A stretch of DNA of 63,507 nucleotides, the filler included, from Globobulimina sp. (taxonomy: Eukaryota): assembly GCA_003354225.1 (NCBI GenBank). It is 15 parts of 15 records of this genome, joined end to end, with 100 filler letters (N's around TTAATTAATTAA, not from the genome) between each part and the next. Parts side by side here need not be neighbours in the genome. Positions count along the whole stretch, not along the records: positions 59,374 to 63,507 come from PIVH01001571.1; 14 more parts are not named here. The stretch is one strand, 5' to 3'. Numbering within the stretch: the stretch's first letter is position 1; each line of letters starts with the position of its first letter. The translations under genes were made by a program, and so were the position numbers. A model generated the notes under the pieces. That model had not been told where the DNA came from and searched no databases. It worked only from the letters and a program-made list of their open reading frames with translations. Below, in pieces: positions 60,514 to 63,507 of the stretch.

Positions 60514-63507
60514 TCAATCATCATCCATTCCCAGCAATTCATCAATTTCTGCATCTAACTCTTGCTGATTTATTGATTGATTCGTAGATAAATGACTTTT
60601 ACTTAAATCATCCACTTCATTCAACAACGCCTCCAACGATGAATCGTCAGACTCTCCCAAATCTGTGGAGTCTATCACTTGGTTTCTATGCGCATTTATA
60701 TTTGTATTTGCATCCTGTCGTCGTATTCTTCGCGACCTTCGTAAATTTTGTACTGCCTCTTCATTATCAGATATATCGCTTGACACTGATTTAGAAATCC
60801 GTCCTCTTCCAACCCTTCGTCTATTCACATTTTGTATATTGGAATTTTCATCATTCCCATCGCTGCCACTTCCACTTCGCGATGACGCCGACGATGCTGT
60901 ATTTTTATGTTTATTCCTATTCCGACTTCTACTGCGACTCTCATCTGTGCTGGATTTATTTCCTCGTTTCGACTGCGTCCTCTTTCCGCGTCCTCTGCCT
61001 CTGCCCCTTCCTCTACCTCTGCCCCTCTTTGTTTTCCCTCTTTTATTGCTGCCATTTTGCTGTGCAATCCGCACTGATCTCCGCCGAACTGGCTCTTTCT
61101 CGTTCTTTGCGGTGGATTGCTTACTGATTCTTCTTCGTTTTCGTGCGGTCCCTTCATTTTCATCTTTATCCTCTGCTGCATTTTGTCTCTTTCTTCTTAA
61201 TATACACAATATTACACATAAAAAAACATACATAAATATAGATTTTAAATAACTTTCTCGACGCTGAGCTCCTTCCGTTCGCTCCGCCTCTCCCTCTGCC
61301 CCTTCCTCGTTTAGCTCTGCCCCGACCCCTCGCATTACGCTTTGGTGCCGGTACAGGTGGCGGCGATGCTGGTTGATCGGACAGAATTTCTTGTTTTTCT
61401 TCTTCATTTTCGAGCTCATTGTCCGATGACTGAGCATTTACATTGGCATTGGCATTGCGCACAATTCTTCGCGTTGGTCTTTTTTTTTTCTTGTTCTTAT
61501 TCTTATTTTTGTCTTTCACTGTTTTCTTATTATTTCGTTTGCGTTTCGTTGTTTTTTTATGTTCCTCTTCTTCCGTTTCTTCGTCGCCGTGTTCCTCCTC
61601 GAAATCGTCCGTTTGCTTGGTTCGCAATTGCTTTTTCCTCTGAATCACAGATTGTGTGTCATCCTCTTCATCAATACACACCATATCATCCTCATTGTTG
61701 TTCTCAATATGCACAGGCTCACTGAGTGCTGCTTCAATACCTAACTCTTGCTCTAATTCTCCCGCTTCAGACTCTGATAAATATTCTAAATGTTCCTCAT
61801 ATATTTGCTCCACTTTATTCTTCCGCTTCTCCTCCAAATGCAGCAATTGCTGGTCATCCAATGTCTGTTGCTCATTGGTCTCGATTTTATCAATTTTGCT
61901 TAGAAACTTGCGTAAATATTTAAGGGAGGCTTTGTTCTTCACCATATTCAATAAACTGTTGATTAACACTTTATACTCTTTTAAGTTGTGTTGATTCTCA
62001 TCGTTTAGCTGCAATATAGTTAATATGCGCGATAATACCTTAACTTGTTCAGCTTCCGGTTTTGCATAAATCTCAAACAAAATATTAAATGCCAACTCCT
62101 CATGCAACGATATGGTGGTCATATTGTTCACGGTTTGCTTGCCAGCGTTGCCTTTATCAGTCAATGGATCCGCACTCAATAACCACAGTATATACTCTGT
62201 CAACTTTATGCAGCTAATCTGCGACAATGGGTTCTCTCTCGGCGCGTACGCACAGGAACGGATACATGGCATCAAACATTGTGCCACATACTGCCGATTG
62301 TTTGGAAATGTTTTGGGATTCACATAATACGGGAAAAACACTGATAAAATCTGTCGAACATAGTTATTTTCCTCAGTCACCGGATTGAAATACAACAATA
62401 ATAAACGAGTTAATATCTCCAGCTTGTAATGTTTCAATCGGTTCATGAACAACAATTTGGTGAATCCCTCCACAGCGCAGACCAATAGCTCTTCATCTTC
62501 GTGCTCCAAAAATGATTTTAAGATTTCAATCAAATCGCGGTTATTTTTGGGCGCAGCGACTGGCAATTCCTCCTCCGGCAATGCCACACTTTCTCGCGGT
62601 TCAACAGCATCTCCATCCACTGCATCCGCCGCAACATTGTCACTCTCATTTTTGTCGTCGTCAAACAAGTCAAATATCATTAAAAAATCGAACAGTGCCT
62701 GCAAGGCAAAGTACTCACTGGCGGGGCCATCGCCCGCTAAAATGTGCAAAAACAGTATTAAGTTGTTCTGCGTGTTGGTTTTGTCCATTTGCAAGAACAA
62801 ACTGAAAGCCTTCAGCCCCGCGGCACGAACCAATGGGCGCTTCTCAATGACGGTGGGAACGATGATATCTTCGAACATCGGTTTAATGTAATCGTGCTCC
62901 CAATGCTTATTTGTATATTGGATCAAATCAGTGATGATACACAACATTCGAATCCAGGTCGCTTCCGTTTTACTTTCAATCTCATCCAAGGCATTATTCA
63001 CAGCATCGATCTCTTTGTTGATGGCATCCAACTTCGCCTTTACATTCACACTATGCCCATCATCCACATTGGTATCAAATTTATTGCGTAACAAGCTCGA
63101 TTTTTGTTGGTTTTCCAGTTCAAATTTCTGTTTTTCTAAATTTTTTAATTGCTGCTCTAAGTCGTCCTCTTTCTGTGACTTTTGAACCATCGATAAACTC
63201 ATATCCTCCATATGTTCCTGCATCACTTCGTCCTGTTGGTTGTTGATAGGATTTCGAATTTCTTCCACAGTCTCTCGGATTAATCGCGTGTAATCTTCCT
63301 CGTCATTGCAATGCAATTTGCGTAGCAATTTCATGATTAACGGGATCAGATCATTGGAAATGTAATAAGACTCTAATAGCTGTATAGCAGCGCGAGACAG
63401 TGAACTGCGGCTAAACTCGTCTTGGAAATTCAAAAAACGCGCCAGAATTAGCAGTTGTTGCGTGATATATTGGTTGTTATGCGCAGTGATAGTATTATTC
63501 TCAAACA
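60514..63507 (-). CDS. NCAPG: Condensin I subunit CAP-G (Cnd3/Ycg1), 5'-partial
   Basis: QQLL...LNFQDEFSR, VR.AGLK, ALQALFD, AVEGFTKLL, LLLLYFNP.T..N..VRQILSVFFP.Y. Intron 61196..61253 joins the last exon. Confidence 0.9.

Noticed and set aside
1-63507. A window-wide gene cluster (for example SF3B2 + PRP19 + CCR4, or caspase + LOX + Ubl)
   Set aside because: These genes are on different contigs, so their co-occurrence only reflects similar contig length.

Overview
This window is not one locus. It is 15 unrelated contigs of about 4.1 kb (4147 down to 4134 bp, sorted by length), joined by an artificial N44-TTAATTAATTAA-N44 linker, so gene neighbourhood only means something within a contig. The DNA is AT-rich, gene-dense nuclear DNA of a protist. 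It uses the standard code, has short spliceosomal introns (about 54-111 nt) and has intergenic spacers as small as about 50 bp. A foraminiferan or other rhizarian is my inference from the gene content (caspase-like C14 gene, SPRY-like paralogues). Two perfect fold-backs at contig ends hint at an amplified single-cell assembly. Recognisable genes: CEP83, SF3B2, PRCP (S28), an ABCB half-transporter, PRX5, PRP19, a deoxynucleoside kinase, MCCC2, a gamma-carbonic anhydrase, a DDB1/CPSF-type propeller, DUF1295, DLST, an amino-acid permease, MATH-BTB, plant-type CCR4, a GH38 mannosidase, a FtsX-like permease, a Ser/Thr kinase, CAP-G and tRNA-Lys(CTT). Most unusual items: a lipoxygenase-fold protein that has lost its iron ligands and has a lipidation-type N-terminus, an ~80-aa SH3-like insertion in SF3B2, an in-frame TAA splitting PRP19 at its domain boundary, a caspase-like protein with His->Asn, a gustatory-receptor-like 7TM channel head-to-head with an anchored hemerythrin, a signal-peptide ubiquitin-like protein abutting a truncated E2, and a strong bias to GTTA splice donors. 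All family calls come from recognising motifs by eye; no searches were run.
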